From the NCBI RefSeq assembly GCF_006345805.1, contig NC_043009.1, positions 52,142,001 to 52,206,000 of the forward strand: DNA of 64,000 bases. The letters are read 5' to 3'. Of the stretch, positions 1-12,972 are shown one piece after another; the stretch's first letter is position 1; each line of letters starts with the position of its first letter. The DNA comes from Octopus sinensis (taxonomy: Eukaryota). A model generated the notes under the pieces. That model had not been told where the DNA came from. It searched no databases and saw only the letters and a program-made list of their open reading frames with translations. The translations under genes were made by a program, and so were the position numbers.

Positions 1-117
1 TGTGTGTGTATGTGTGTGTATGAAGGCAGAGAGATACATGTGTGTGCACGTATGTATATATATATAAATATATATATATATATAATATACATACATATAT
101 ATATATATACATTACAT

Positions 118-173
<56 letters not shown>

Positions 174-221
174 TAATATATATACAGACATATATATATT
201 TATATATATATATATATAGAG

Positions 222-280
<59 letters not shown>

Positions 281-290
281 CACGTATATA
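1..290. repeat. Compound (TG)n/(TA)n/(GATA)n microsatellite
   Basis: Directly visible. It is representative of dozens of similar tracts across the window that are not listed individually. Confidence 0.95.
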
Positions 291-480
291 TGTATATACA
301 TATTCATAACATATGTAGTATATAGATTGCGGGGAAGAAAGAGGGAAAGAGAGGGAATAGTTAAGGTGAAAGCTCTGAGTGATATTACACGAGATAAAAA
401 AATCGTTTGATAAGGCCAAAACAACGAAAAATGAAGTTCAAAGCGAAAAACAAAGTGAAAACGGAAGCGTTCTTAGAGAT

Positions 481-535
481 TTACCTTACATTTCGATATC
501 TTGGTTTATGACCCGTCCCTCAGAAGATGGACAAG
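481..535 (-). ncRNA. Degenerate minimal hammerhead-like motif (Penelope-type)
   Basis: Minus strand reads ctt-CTGAGGG-a-cgggtcataaaccaagatatc-GAAAT-GTA-agg. The order of core elements is kept, but A9, C15.2 and stem II are damaged. Confidence 0.3.
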
Positions 536-811
536 AATGAAGGATGGAATAAGTCGTTGCTTACATACGTGGGAGAGAACAGTGATATGCGTATTCGTTT
601 TGTTATAATAGCTAGTCGGGTTCTCTTTTCTCTTGTTTAGTGCAGGCATCTATTAATAAAGATGGATTCCTTGATTCTAAGTGTGCGATGAGTGGCCCCC
701 GATAGATGCAGTGAAAACCTAGTCCAGGTACTTTGAACCAAATTAGTTTTAGCAAACAAACACATACACTCACACACACACAACACACGCACATAAGTAC
801 ATATATTTATA

Positions 812-1050
812 TATATGTGTTATTTGTCCTGTACTCTATTTTTTTGTTGTTTAAGAAAAAATTCCAGTTCCTTGAGTTTGTGTCTATGTTTTCGTTTCTC
901 ATTGTGTTCGACGTTTTTTTGGTGTCCAGTACTCATATATGCGTGTATATATACATGTAGAGGTAGGTTCGTACATATATGTATATATATATGCATATGT
1001 TTTATTTATTAATATATTATATGACGGAACGCAGGCATCCCTTTCTAAGT
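812..1050. mobile_element. Interspersed repeat fragment (family F, probably Penelope terminal-repeat derived)
   Basis: Homologous to 33485-33880 (gtttttttggtgtcc.gtac...gtagg..tgtacatatatg...gcatatgttt). The Penelope link is inference. Confidence 0.55.
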
Positions 1051-1060
1051 AAGATTGTTC

Positions 1061-1096
<36 letters not shown>

Positions 1097-1579
1097 ACAC
1101 ACACACACACATTCGTATGTATGTGTATTCATGTAAGATTGTGTGTCTGTAATGTGAAATGTACTATGTATATTTAGAAAAAAGATATAGCGAGAGACAA
1201 AGAAAGAGAGAGCGAACCGAGCGAGAGAAAGTGAGTGAGAGAGACAATGTCAGCGAGGGGACTCACATTCCAGTGATTAAAATAAATCTAAATTTAAAAC
1301 CTAACTTGAAGACATTAATTTATTTAACGACTCATTTGGTGGAAAATTAATCTGTCGCATTATAGTGTCGCAAGCGCGTATCCAAACACCTAGGCATTAA
1401 AGATGCGACAGTTGAAACAGTAAAATATAGTATTTACATACCAAGGCTGTCTAATTCTCAGAAACTTTAGTGTCTTTAATCCTTTCATTCTAATATTTTC
1501 CTTGTCACAGACTCCTCTACTTATAGTTTTATTTTTTTTTCAGAGCTCATTTCTATATATATATATATACATATACACG

Positions 1580-1609
<30 letters not shown>

Positions 1610-1610
<1 letters not shown>

Positions 1611-1903
1611 CACGTGATCACGTGACCGACCAGACCATCAGATGTTGCTACACATCGCTGGTCACAATGCGTTCGCATTGTTTTAGCCTTCGAATGACGC
1701 CACCCCGTTGGCTAAGAGAGCAGGCCAACAGAAGAAAGAGAGAAAGAGTGGTGAAAGAGTACAGCAGGGATCACCACCCCCTGCCGGATCTTCGTGGAGC
1801 TTTTAGGTGTTTTCGCTCTATAAATACACACAACGCCCGGTCTGAGAATCGAAACCGCGATCCTACGACTGCGAGTCCGCTGCCCTAACCACTGGGCCAT
1901 TGC
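1610..1903 (-). mobile_element. tRNA-derived SINE (family B), near full length
   Basis: Minus strand head gcaaTGGCCCAGTGGttagggcagcggactcgcagtcgtaggatcgcGGTTTCGATTC carries A and B boxes. The body aaagctccacg...ccctgctgtactctttcacc is shared with 24689-25163. Confidence 0.8.
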
Positions 1904-1912
1904 ATATATATA

Positions 1913-2040
<128 letters not shown>

Positions 2041-2110
2041 ATAATTATATATATATGTATATATATGTGTATATATATATAATATATATCTATATATATA
2101 GATATATTAT

Positions 2111-2340
2111 ATTCCTTTACTCTTTTATTTGTTTCAGTCATTGACTACGGCCATGCTGGAGCACAGCCTTTAGTCGAGGAAATCGACCCCAGAACTCATT
2201 CTTTGTAAGCCTAGTACTTATTCTATCGACCTCATTTGCCGAACCGCTAAGTTACAGGGACATAAAGACACCAGCATCTGTTTTCAAGCGATGTTGCGGG
2301 GGGCAAACACAGGCACACAAACATATACGCACGCACACAT

Positions 2341-2376
<36 letters not shown>

Positions 2377-2535
2377 TCGACAGGCTTCTTTCAGTTTCCC
2401 TCTACCAAATCCACTCACAAGGCGTCGGTCGGCCCGAAGCTATAGTAGAAGACACTTGCCCATGGTGCCACGCAGTGGGACTGAACTCGGAATCATGTAC
2501 TGGGTAAGCAACCAACTTACCACATGCATACATGC
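2111..2535 (-). mobile_element. tRNA-derived SINE (family C, internal TA/CA microsatellite)
   Basis: Reverse complement of the 5644-6078 family (gggcaagtgtcttctactatag...gtgagtggatttggtaga...ccagcatggcc.cagtcaatgactgaaac). Confidence 0.85.
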
Positions 2536-3119
2536 ATATCCATTTACATAAGTACATATACTCATATGTATAATAAATTCCATTCCCACTTCCATTTACT
2601 TCTCTACCTGTTTCCATCTTTCTTGCTTTGATTTCTTATTGAGATCTGTCTCTCTTGTTTTCTACTACCTTACTTCTATTCCAATGTATTTGTTTTTTAC
2701 TTATATTTTGTCTATATATTCTACATGTCAATTATCATTAAATGAATGCATTCTGTTTTTATCCAGAAATTCATGATATACTTCTTTTGCTTTCATACAA
2801 TATATATCCCACCGCTTGCGTACGTATTTCTTTTAGATATCTCTTCTTACTTTTCTGACCTACTCATATTTTTCGTTCCATAACTTACTTCCATACGTTA
2901 TGTTTCTTTACACAAAAACGGTAGCGATTTATATCATGACATTTTTTTCACATAACTATATATCATGACGCTCCCTCTTTCTCCCTCTCTCCTGCTTTAC
3001 CCCTCTGTAACTTTGTATGTATGTATGAATGGATGTATGTAAGTTTGTATATACGTATTTATGTATGTATATATGAGTATGTATATTTTCGGCTTCGGGT
3101 CAAAGTTTACAACCATTAT

Positions 3120-3122
3120 TGC

Positions 3123-3184
<62 letters not shown>

Positions 3185-3235
3185 GAATATTCTTCAGGTT
3201 GAGTAGCCCAACCTGCTCAAAAGTTTATCATTATG
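3120..3235 (-). repeat. (ATT)n tract joined to a fragment of the family E repeat
   Basis: Minus strand ttttgagcaggttgggctactcaacctgaagaatattcta matches 36333-36374 and runs directly into (TAA)n. Confidence 0.55.
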
Positions 3236-4063
3236 GAATTAATGAGTAGGGAAATTGCGATTTATAGAAATTACCCCTGCAATTACTAGACACGTTCTCC
3301 CACTCAAAGTGGTTATAATCAACATCGCCACCAGTGAACAAACCAGATAACCACAATATGATCAGCCAAGTGAGCATCCCTTAAAAATAAGACAGGGATT
3401 GAGATTTGTACGTTGTTTTCACCAGTTACTTTTACAGAAAGGGACCGCATCCATCTGTATTATGGTTATTGTCAAAATCATCAATTTGCCTGAACATATT
3501 GAACATATTACATTTGTTCTTAGTCTTTAGAATTTTAAACAACCTTAGAGAGTATTCGCTTGAATGATCTCAGATAATTCAGTTTTAAATACAGAAATAA
3601 ACTCAATCAACGAGATACAACAAAGTATATTAAATGTGTTGCATCCTATAGCGTTTCCATTGAATATGTAGAACACTACCAGAAGGTATTACCTCTGCCA
3701 CTTATTATGATTGTTTATAATTGTGTATCTACTAGTGTATTTGTGCATGTTTGTCACTCAATAGTTTTAAGATGGCGTATGTTTTGTGTATGCCCAGTAG
3801 TTGTATTTTTACGTTCATGCATGATTTACGAAACAGAAAACCGTACGCTCGAAAGACTTAACTATGTTTTTGTTACTAAAAAAGGTTTTATTTTCATGTT
3901 ATTTTCAGTATCATTCCTTAAAAATACGAAACCGCAAGGTATGTACTTATAAACACATATTCCCCACCTTCTCTCTCTGTTACTCTGTACACACAAAAAC
4001 ACACACATGTATTATTTCTGTGCATAAATATACTTCTCTTCCATATGTCCTCTGTCTATATGT

Positions 4064-4105
<42 letters not shown>

Positions 4106-4140
4106 CCTCTTTCTTTCTCTCTTCAGACACGCACATTCTC

Positions 4141-4192
<52 letters not shown>

Positions 4193-4272
4193 AGAAGGTT
4201 GAAAAGAAACAGTTGATATATATGGAAAAAGTCATGATAGAAAATGCTAAAATAATTATCTAAAAATCATTT

Positions 4273-4308
4273 CAGTACCGGTTTCAATTATTGAGACCTT
4301 TTCAACTA
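4273..4308 (-). ncRNA. Minimal type-I hammerhead-like motif with U3-A8 core variant
   Basis: Minus strand tag-TTGAAAA-ggtctcaataatt-GAAAC-CG-GTA-ctg: 3-bp stem I, palindromic ACCGGT stem III, and weak stem II (ggt/att, wobble pairs). Confidence 0.45.
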
Positions 4309-4387
4309 TATTTATGGAAAACAATTAAATTTTGGGAAAATTTAAATTTTCCAAAATTTAATTGTTTTCCATACTTATAGTTGAAAA
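4298..4387. repeat. ~90-bp near-perfect palindrome
   Basis: cttttcaactata-tttatggaaaacaattaaattttgggaaaattt | aaattttccaaaatttaattgttttccatac-ttatagttgaaaa, centred at 4343/4344. Confidence 0.85.
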
Positions 4388-5643
4388 AGTAACAAACTGA
4401 GGAAAAGAATGTAATTGTTTATATAATTTTTCTTGCAGTTACACGTAGGATAAGACTTACATATATAAATTAAATATAGACATATTCTATTGACAATCAA
4501 ATAATATATTTACATTACGATTACATTAAATTCTACGAATATAATATATAACGTAACATATTATATAATATAAACAATTATAAAAGCCAAAAAAGGCCAA
4601 CAAATTGTTTCAACGCATGTATATCTTTCCTGATATACATAATCACAGTTCCATTATATATATAGCCACTTCCGTTTCTTTGGTTTAGGAAAAGACGAAA
4701 TTCCGTGTGAAAGGACGGCTGGATTTTAGAAATTAATTCAAATGTCTGTGTTATGAGTGTGGGCGTTAACTATTCTATCACACATCAATTACAATTAAAT
4801 AAATAACAAAAACACTTCAATGGGCGAAAGAATCAAGTAAATGCAATCCACAACCGTCGAAATTAATTTCAACCGTCGCAATTAATTTCATTATATCTCA
4901 AACACATACCAATTGAAACCCTTTCATGTCCAAGATAGCCGCTTGTCATCACAACATACAACAATAAAATGTGTGTATATAAATGTATATAATTAAGTAT
5001 CTAAGTCTTCTCCAACGTGTAACTTCAATAAAGAATATATAAACAATAACATTATTTTCCTCAGTGTGTTACTTTATATATATATACATGCACACATACA
5101 TATATACATACACATACACATACGCGCATACACAGACACATAAGTATGCATGCACGTATGTAAATATATCTTAGCGGACGATTTTCTTTTTCGGTGGGGC
5201 AGAGACGGAAATTCGAATAAAATATTTAAGAAACTGGTCTTAATGTGAAGCATTGTCGTCGAGTGCCAACACCAAAAGATTCAAGGTCATCACAAATTTA
5301 GATAAACATCACCGGCACAGGAACTAGAACTATTTACTATTGAGTTACTTCCCCTATTGTGACGCAAGATATAGTTATGGAAGTAGTACTTTGTTGCTCC
5401 ATAGACTATAAGAATAGTTGAAAATTCCATAGTTGATTTGAATAGTGTGTGGCGATTGGATGTAGCGTATACAAAACCACTGACTATGTAATCTCTCTCA
5501 AAATACAATTTTGTCTAAAACATTTAACTGTCCGTATATATACTATTTTCCTTGTTACATACTTATATCCGCTTGCAACTTAAGAGATTTTATCTGTCAT
5601 TAATCACTTTGAATTAAAATGTAAGGTAACTTTACAAAATGTA

Positions 5644-6078
5644 AAGCGTAGGAGTGGGATGCGTGGTAAGTAGCTTGCTTACCAACCACATGGTTCTGGC
5701 TTCAGTCCCACTGCGTGGCACGTTGGGCAAGTGCCTTCTACTATAGCCTCAGGCCGACCAAAGCCTTGTGAGTGGATTTGGTAGACGGAAACTGATAGAA
5801 GCCCGTCGTATATATATATATATTTATATATATATATATATGTATGTGTGTGTATACGTTTGTGTCTGTGTTTGTCCCCTAAAAATCGCTTGACAACCGA
5901 TGCTGATGTGTTACGTCCCCGCAACTTAGAGGTTCAGCAGAAGAGACCAATAGAAATAAGTACTAGGCTTACAAAGAGTAAGTCCTGGGGTCGATTTGCT
6001 CGACTAAAGGCGGTGCTCCAGCATGGCCACAGTCAAATGACTAAAACAAGTAAAAGAATAAAAGAATAAAAGAATAAA
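5644..6078 (+). mobile_element. tRNA-derived SINE (family C), full length
   Basis: Head gcgtaggagtgg..gcgtggtaag...cttcagtccc, internal microsatellite, and (AAAAGAAT)n tail. At least six copies in the window. Confidence 0.9.
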
Positions 6079-6529
6079 CCTCTCGCCTTCCATTTTCTGG
6101 TTTTCATCATATTTATTTTGCGTGGTCAGTATAAATTCTGCATCTAAATTCTTTCTTTGTATCATCTGTATTTCATTCTGTATTTCATTGTCTATTCCTA
6201 TCAAATCTTCTTTCTACCTTTTCATAAAGTCTGCAGTTTCCTCCTCTCTCTCTCTTCTCATCCATTTCTCTATCACATCTTTGCTCCTGCACCAATATCA
6301 ATTCTCGCGCCATTGCCAGTGTCTCCGCTACCATCAATAACATGACTGCCCACTGTTTACTTCCTGTGTATGAGTTGCTTACATAAAAGTGACGTTGGAA
6401 TGAACTATTGTATTCGTAGAAAAGATGGAAAATACATTTTTCAATAATACTCAGAGATATATTGATATACTGCTTTGAATACGTGTTTCTATATGGTTAT
6501 CTATCTACCTGTTTGTCTGTCTGCCTGCC

Positions 6530-6582
<53 letters not shown>

Positions 6583-6667
6583 CTATCTGATTGCCTGTCA
6601 GTCTGTGTGTCTGTCTTTCTGTCTAAAGCTCTCCCTCTGCCTGTCTGTCTTTCTCTCTATTTCTTTC

Positions 6668-6717
<50 letters not shown>

Positions 6718-6769
6718 AATATATATCTATGTATGTATGTATATATGTATATGTGAGTTTATCTATATC

Positions 6770-6812
<43 letters not shown>

Positions 6813-7329
6813 GTGTATATATGTATGCGTGCGTGTTGTTTTCATATTATTGTTTTTAATATTACTCGTTATATTTTGTTTTAAAGTCAGACTTCTCGCT
6901 GTTATGTAATATGTTGTGTGCATTGTGTATGTATGCACATATGTATAACATATATGTAAATATGTGGACATATATATATATATGTTGTAGATATGTTGGT
7001 ATGTATGTTGTATACGTCCGTATGCATATATTCATGGTAGTGTTGTTTTCGTGTAAGACAATGGACGCTTCAAAATATTTTTTAGTAATTGTTTATGTGG
7101 TGTGGTATCTAAATCTAAACTTATTTTCTGCGGCTTTTACAGTATCACCTCATACACAAATGCATGTCTGCACGCGTTTAAATACAGACATATAGATATA
7201 GAGGGACATAATTATTGTAATCCAGTTAGAACGTAGATATAAAAGGAAATGTGAGAGAACTATAAGGGGATAAATGGTAAGTAATTTGCCAAGAAAATCA
7301 ATCGAGACTGTGTGCGATGGTCTATATAT

Positions 7330-8050
7330 TTAACAAGTGTTTCTCAAAGAGTCTAGATTTTTCCGACATATTGGACATATTTCAATTGAGTTCTGTGTCG
7401 GGTATTTTTTTAAAGAATAGTCATCTATTATTGTTTTTGTAAGATCTTCATACTTCCACAATTTTCTATTTCGTACCTTAGACCTAAACGCCGTCTGTTT
7501 ATCATGGGATGTATTCAAGTATTTTTGTGATTATCCTAGCTTTTAGGTAAGAATGGCTATAGTATCCCAGGCGAAATTTCTTTCTGTAAACTAGAGATGG
7601 TTTGATGTAGGTTAACGCAGCTTTGTAATAGCTTCTGAATTACAGGACATATTAAGTGTTCGAAAAATTTGTTTCAACATAAGCAAAATATATTTTATAA
7701 GCATGAAGATATACAGTTTCTATTAGTTGTACAACTTGAGGTCTTTGAACTCGGAATCTATGCTTAAGATTATCAGAGACGTGTTTATTTTTATGAAATT
7801 CTTTTAAGCCATGGAAACATTAAATATAAACTTCGCTGAGAACATTGCGTTAAACGGAAGATATTTCAGCACCGTCTTATCGTTGGAAGGCGTGTAAGTG
7901 CAGTTACAACCAATTTTGCTTTTAAATCCGTTGCTTAGTAACTCATTGTTGCATTTGTTATTTGTTGACAAACTATATAATTATCATCAAACTCCAAAAG
8001 CGAGTTCTAATGAAAATACCAGTGCTGCGCCTGCATTCAAGTGATAGTCT
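7330..8050 (-). pseudogene. Possible decayed L1/Tx1-clade ORF2 C-terminal fragment
   Basis: Minus-strand translations NGFKSKIGCNCTYTPSND..LKYLPFNAMFSAKF (resembles W.GK..KI....LY.P...GGL.LPDF) and later CPICRKNLDSL (zf-RVT-like). Many stops and frameshifts; similarity judged by eye only. Confidence 0.35.
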
Positions 8051-8562
8051 TTTGTTTATGCAATGTATGTTTGCAATGTGTATTTGTATGTATATATTTA
8101 TTACATATGTACATATATACATATATACGTATAAACACACACTCACATATACATATATATGTATATGTATATATACGTACATATATATATAAATATATAT
8201 ATAATTCTGTATGTCTATGCATTCATATGCATATACATGTGTGCATGTGTGTTTGTGTGTATGTGTATGCGGTGTGTGTGTGTGTGTGAGTGAATCATGT
8301 GTGTGTGTGTGTGTGTGTCTGTGTATGTGGGTGTGAGTGTGTGTGTGTGCGAGTACATCTATATGTATGTGTAACTATGCCTTAAATATCTTTGGAGTGT
8401 GGGATCAGTTGCATTTGCAGCATATGATGCAGATATTTACACTCCCCGAATTCAAGGCATAGGCCGTGACAAGAAGACTCCTGGTAGCTCTTGCAGCTGC
8501 TACGTAACTGAAGAGAGATCATTGGCCATTCTCGTAGAAGAGTAAGTTGTGGAGAAAGGACA

Positions 8563-8683
8563 CATTGAAACATTGGTAACTGCTCATATTCCTACAAAAA
8601 ACAGCTTGTTCATGTCATTATATGCATGTGCTATCATGTACGTACATGCTTGCATACATACGTATATACGTACATACACACAC

Positions 8684-8752
<69 letters not shown>

Positions 8753-8915
8753 TATATGTAAATATCTATATATATATACATACATACTTATATATATATA
8801 TATACATATATATATATACGTAAATATCCATATATATATACATAAATATATATATATATATATTATATATGTGTGTATATATATATATATATATTTATGT
8901 ATATATATATGGATA

Positions 8916-8963
<48 letters not shown>

Positions 8964-8965
8964 CA

Positions 8966-9014
<49 letters not shown>

Positions 9015-9201
9015 AGTATGTATGTATATATATATAGATATTTACATATATATATATATATATATACATATATATTACATGTGTGTGTATGTATATACGT
9101 ATGTATGCAAGCATGTACATACATGATAGCACATGCATATACTGACATGAACAAGCTGTTTCTTTAGGAATATGAGGAGTTACCAATGATTCAATGTTTC
9201 A

Positions 9202-9203
<2 letters not shown>
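8563..9203. repeat. ~640-bp foldback (long inverted repeat) centred on TA-rich microsatellite
   Basis: 8575-8688 is the reverse complement of 9076-9184 with a few substitutions and indels. The mirror symmetry continues into the interrupted (TA)n interior. Confidence 0.85.
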
Positions 9204-9250
<47 letters not shown>

Positions 9251-10175
9251 TATATATACATATATATACATATGTACATATATATACACATATACATACA
9301 TATATATATATGTGTGTGGTGTGTGTGCGTGCGCGTGTGGACAGATTTATAATTGCATCTGTAGATGCAATTATCTGACGCATTGGTATATACGCTCTAT
9401 TACTACTGGATTACCGAAACACTTAAGAGTTCGATATCCCAACACTTTGTCCTCAGCATCACCCATATTAACACCTACAACTCCCCTCACGCAAAACCTA
9501 CACAAACACCTTAGCGGCACACATGCGCACAATACACCTTTGCTCAAAACAATACGAAAGTTCGATCTCTTAACGAATATCAATACCGGAGTTAAAAGCC
9601 TCCTAAAAGGGTCTTTAAAAGACTCCTAATGACAGTCTTTGTCCTGGTAAGGGATTTGTTATTGCAGAAGACCTTTCCGTTAATCTTTATTCTGGTCTTG
9701 TAACATTTTACAGTTATATCCATTCACTGAACGTCCCAAACACTATGTACGTATGTATCGATATATATATGTCTGTAAATATGCATGCATACGCACACAG
9801 CCACACACCCACACATATACCTAGGTTCACATGTACGAACATACATGCACATATATTTATGCAACGATATACGTGCATATTTATACTTCTTATTAAACCA
9901 TATTAAATGTTTTTTGACGCAAAGTACTAAGATTCTGAGTTACCTGCATTATAGATAATAACAGCGAGTTCGCTATATGTACGCGTATATGCACGCGAAA
10001 TTATGTAATTAAACACACAAACTCACACATATATGTATGTATGCTCTCTCCATATACGTGTGTGTTTGTGTGTGTATGTATGTGTGTATCTATATATATA
10101 TATACATATATATATATATACATACATACATATATATACATATATATATACGTATATACATACATATATATATAT

Positions 10176-10513
10176 GTGCCATCTTGGGCAAATGTCTTCT
10201 GCTATAGCCCCGAGCCGACCAATGCCTTGTGAGTGGATTTGGTAGACGGAAACTGAAAGAATTCCGTCGTATAATATATATATATATATATGCGTGTGTG
10301 TGTTTGTGTGTCTGTGTTTGTCCCCCTAGCATTGCTTGACAACCGATGCTGGTGTGTTTATGTCCCCGTTACTTAGCCGTTCGGCAAAAGAGACCGATAG
10401 AATAAGTACTGGGCTTACAAAAGAATAAGTCCCGGGGTCGATTTGCTCGATTAAAGGCGGTGCTCCAGCATGGCCGCAGTCAAATGACTGAAACAAGTGA
10501 AAGAGTAAAAGAG
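10176..10513 (+). mobile_element. SINE family C, 5'-truncated
   Basis: Starts at gtgccatcttgggcaa and is colinear with 5644-6078 through to the tail. Confidence 0.88.
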
Positions 10514-10714
10514 AAAAACAGAGTATATATATATATTATATATATATATATTATATATATATATATATGGTTTCACATGAAATGTCGCATTTCTAATTAT
10601 TTGTTATTCCAATCATTTAAAAACTCAATGATGTATACTATTGTATTTAAATACAGTAATATTGGAATACAAAATCGTCCTCACAGACCTTATGAAAATG
10701 ATAACAACCAACAG

Positions 10715-10880
10715 CTGTTGAATGATTTTCTCGTATGAGTACATACTGGGTCACTCCGCTGCAGAAGCTCTACAGAATATCAAGCGGGCCTTTATTAATG
10801 GCTTTGTTGACATCAGAACTTTTCAGAGAAGGTTCCAAAATTCTCGTTCAGGAGGTGATAGCCTTGAAAATAAACCAAGG
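10715..10880 (+). mobile_element. Mariner transposase N-terminal (HTH) remnant
   Basis: LGHSAAEALQNIKRAFINGFVDIRTFQRRFQNSRSGGDSLENKPR resembles the mariner N-terminus (LGH.A.EA..NI..AFG......R..QRWF..FRSGD.SLED.PRSGRP). Confidence 0.65.
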
Positions 10881-12240
10881 ATAGTTAAAGGTATTACATT
10901 CCTACTTCCAAAACACGAAGAAACAAATGAACCAAAGATTTATCGACCCATAACCTGCTTAACAGCAATGTATAAAGTACTAACATCTGTTTTGACTGAA
11001 TATACTTATAGTTTTTTAATAGAAAGTGGCATGTTCGTTAATGAGCAAAAAGGATGTAAACGTGGGTTCTGTGGTTGTAAAGATCAGCTACTCCTCAATA
11101 AGATGATCTTAGGAGATAGTAACAAACGACACAAGTTGTCGATAGACTGGATAGACTATATAAAATACTCTTTATAGTCTACTATGTAGCTGGATTAAGA
11201 AATGTCCGGAAATGTATAAAATAGTACCTACTGTAAATATGAGACCTACACTGACTTTCAACAGTGACAATGAATCTCTCAATGTTGGAGATGTAAGAAA
11301 TGCAAGTGGCATTTTCCAGGGAGACTTTCTATCATTATTCGTCTTTTGTCTAGCCTTAATAACCCTCTCGAAATTGCTCGATGATGTACAATATGGCTAT
11401 AAAATATTTGATAACATCTCTTTTACACGGTTGAATTAAAGCACTTTGCAAAAATGATCAACAACTACTGGGTTTACTAGCATTTATTAAGTAATTCAAT
11501 GATTACACCAGGATGCAATTTGGCTTCGATAAACGTACAAAAGTTACCTTTATGAAAGTAAAAATGATAGCAACATCCAACGTTAATATTGACCAACAGA
11601 ATGTCATAAAGGAACAAGAAACAGGGGAGAGCTACAAATACCTAGGGGTATTTGAAGGTGATGAAATCAAACATGCAACGATGGAGGAAATGATCAGAAA
11701 AGCATGTTTTCCTAGGGTAAGAGCAATACTTAAGACAGCGTTAAATATAAGAAACAGGATCGAAGCGATAAATATTTTAACCATACCAGTCGTAACTTAC
11801 AGATTCAATATCATTAAGTAGTGAATTACTGAAATATGTAATCTTATTTATTTGTTGCTCACAAGGGGCTAAACATAGAGGGGACAAACAAGGACAGGCA
11901 AAGGGATTAAGTTGATTACATCGACTCCAGTGCGTAACTGGTACTTAATTTATCGACACCGAAAGGGTGAAAGGCAAAGTCGACCACAGCGGATTTTGAA
12001 CTCAGAAAGTAACGGCAGACGAAATACCGCTATACATTTCGCCCGGCGTGCTAACGTTTCTGCCAACTCGCCGCCTTTGAAATATGTAAACTTGAAAGAG
12101 AAATACGAAACTTTTTGACATTGCATAGAGTGCACCGCCCTAAGACAGATATAAAACGACTTTACCTGTCAAGAAAAGCGGGTGGTCGTGGACTTTTACA
12201 AGTGACTATTTCCAAGATTACCATAGTAATCAAAAACATC
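10881..12240 (+). mobile_element. Decayed R4/Dong-like non-LTR retrotransposon RT region, interrupted by a SINE
   Basis: GITFLLPK..YRPITCL..YKVLT..EQKGC..GCKDQLLLNK..WIDY; GIFQGDFLS; QFGFDK; YKYLGV; and, after the SINE, DIKRLYLSRKAGGRGL. Confidence 0.8.
11843..12077 (-). mobile_element. tRNA-derived SINE (family A, Meta-domain-like core)
   Basis: Minus strand ggcggcgagttggcagaaacgttagcacg...gagttcaaaatcc...gtcgactttgcctttcaccctttcggtgtcgataaattaagtaccag. Inserted in the R4-like element. Confidence 0.88.
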
Positions 12241-12872
12241 GTCACCGTCTGCGATTAATTACAGGTAATACCATTACACGGATACTATCAGAAAGATACA
12301 GTTGGCTGTTGAACCTTCTGAGTGAAATCCGATTTAAATCGTTTAGAGAAAATTACATTCGTTCGTGATGCACGAACCACTTGCGAAGTATCGGTTCACG
12401 TTTCCTTACTAGCGTAGCAATCTTATGAGAAAGACAGAGATCAATCTAAGCTTTATCGAATGATCTATCTGTTTTATGGTCGCTATTTAACTTCATTTTC
12501 TTCGTTAGTTTATCAAGAGCACCTCGCAAACATTTAATTACGGATTTCAGATATTTATTATCATACCGATAATAAATTACCAGTTGAAGGTCCTTCTTAG
12601 CGAAGCCTTGTTGCCGACTGCTTCATAGTAGGCTATAAGGTTCCGATGAAACTGAGAATTATACAGAATGAATTGTTAAACGTAATGATACGTACATTTA
12701 TTCACATACATATATATAAGTGTATGTCGTGTGTGTGAGAAAGAGAGAAAGAGTAAGAGAGCAAGAGAGAAAACGCGGGTGTGTGTCGGTGTATGCGTGT
12801 GTATGTGTATATGTACATACATATATATATACACGTACATGCCCACCATATATATAGAGATAGATAGATATT

Positions 12873-12904
<32 letters not shown>

Positions 12905-12909
12905 AAGAT

Positions 12910-12972
<63 letters not shown>

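Noticed and set aside
6074-6345. Purine-rich minus-strand frames resembling coiled-coil protein (e.g. IDNEIQNEIQMIQRK)
   Set aside because: No frame stays open across the region and no motif is recognised. It is explained by compositional skew. The same applies to 32824-32960.
9351-9372. Palindrome aattgcatct-gt-agatgcaatt
   Set aside because: A 10-bp stem in AT-rich DNA with no supporting context.
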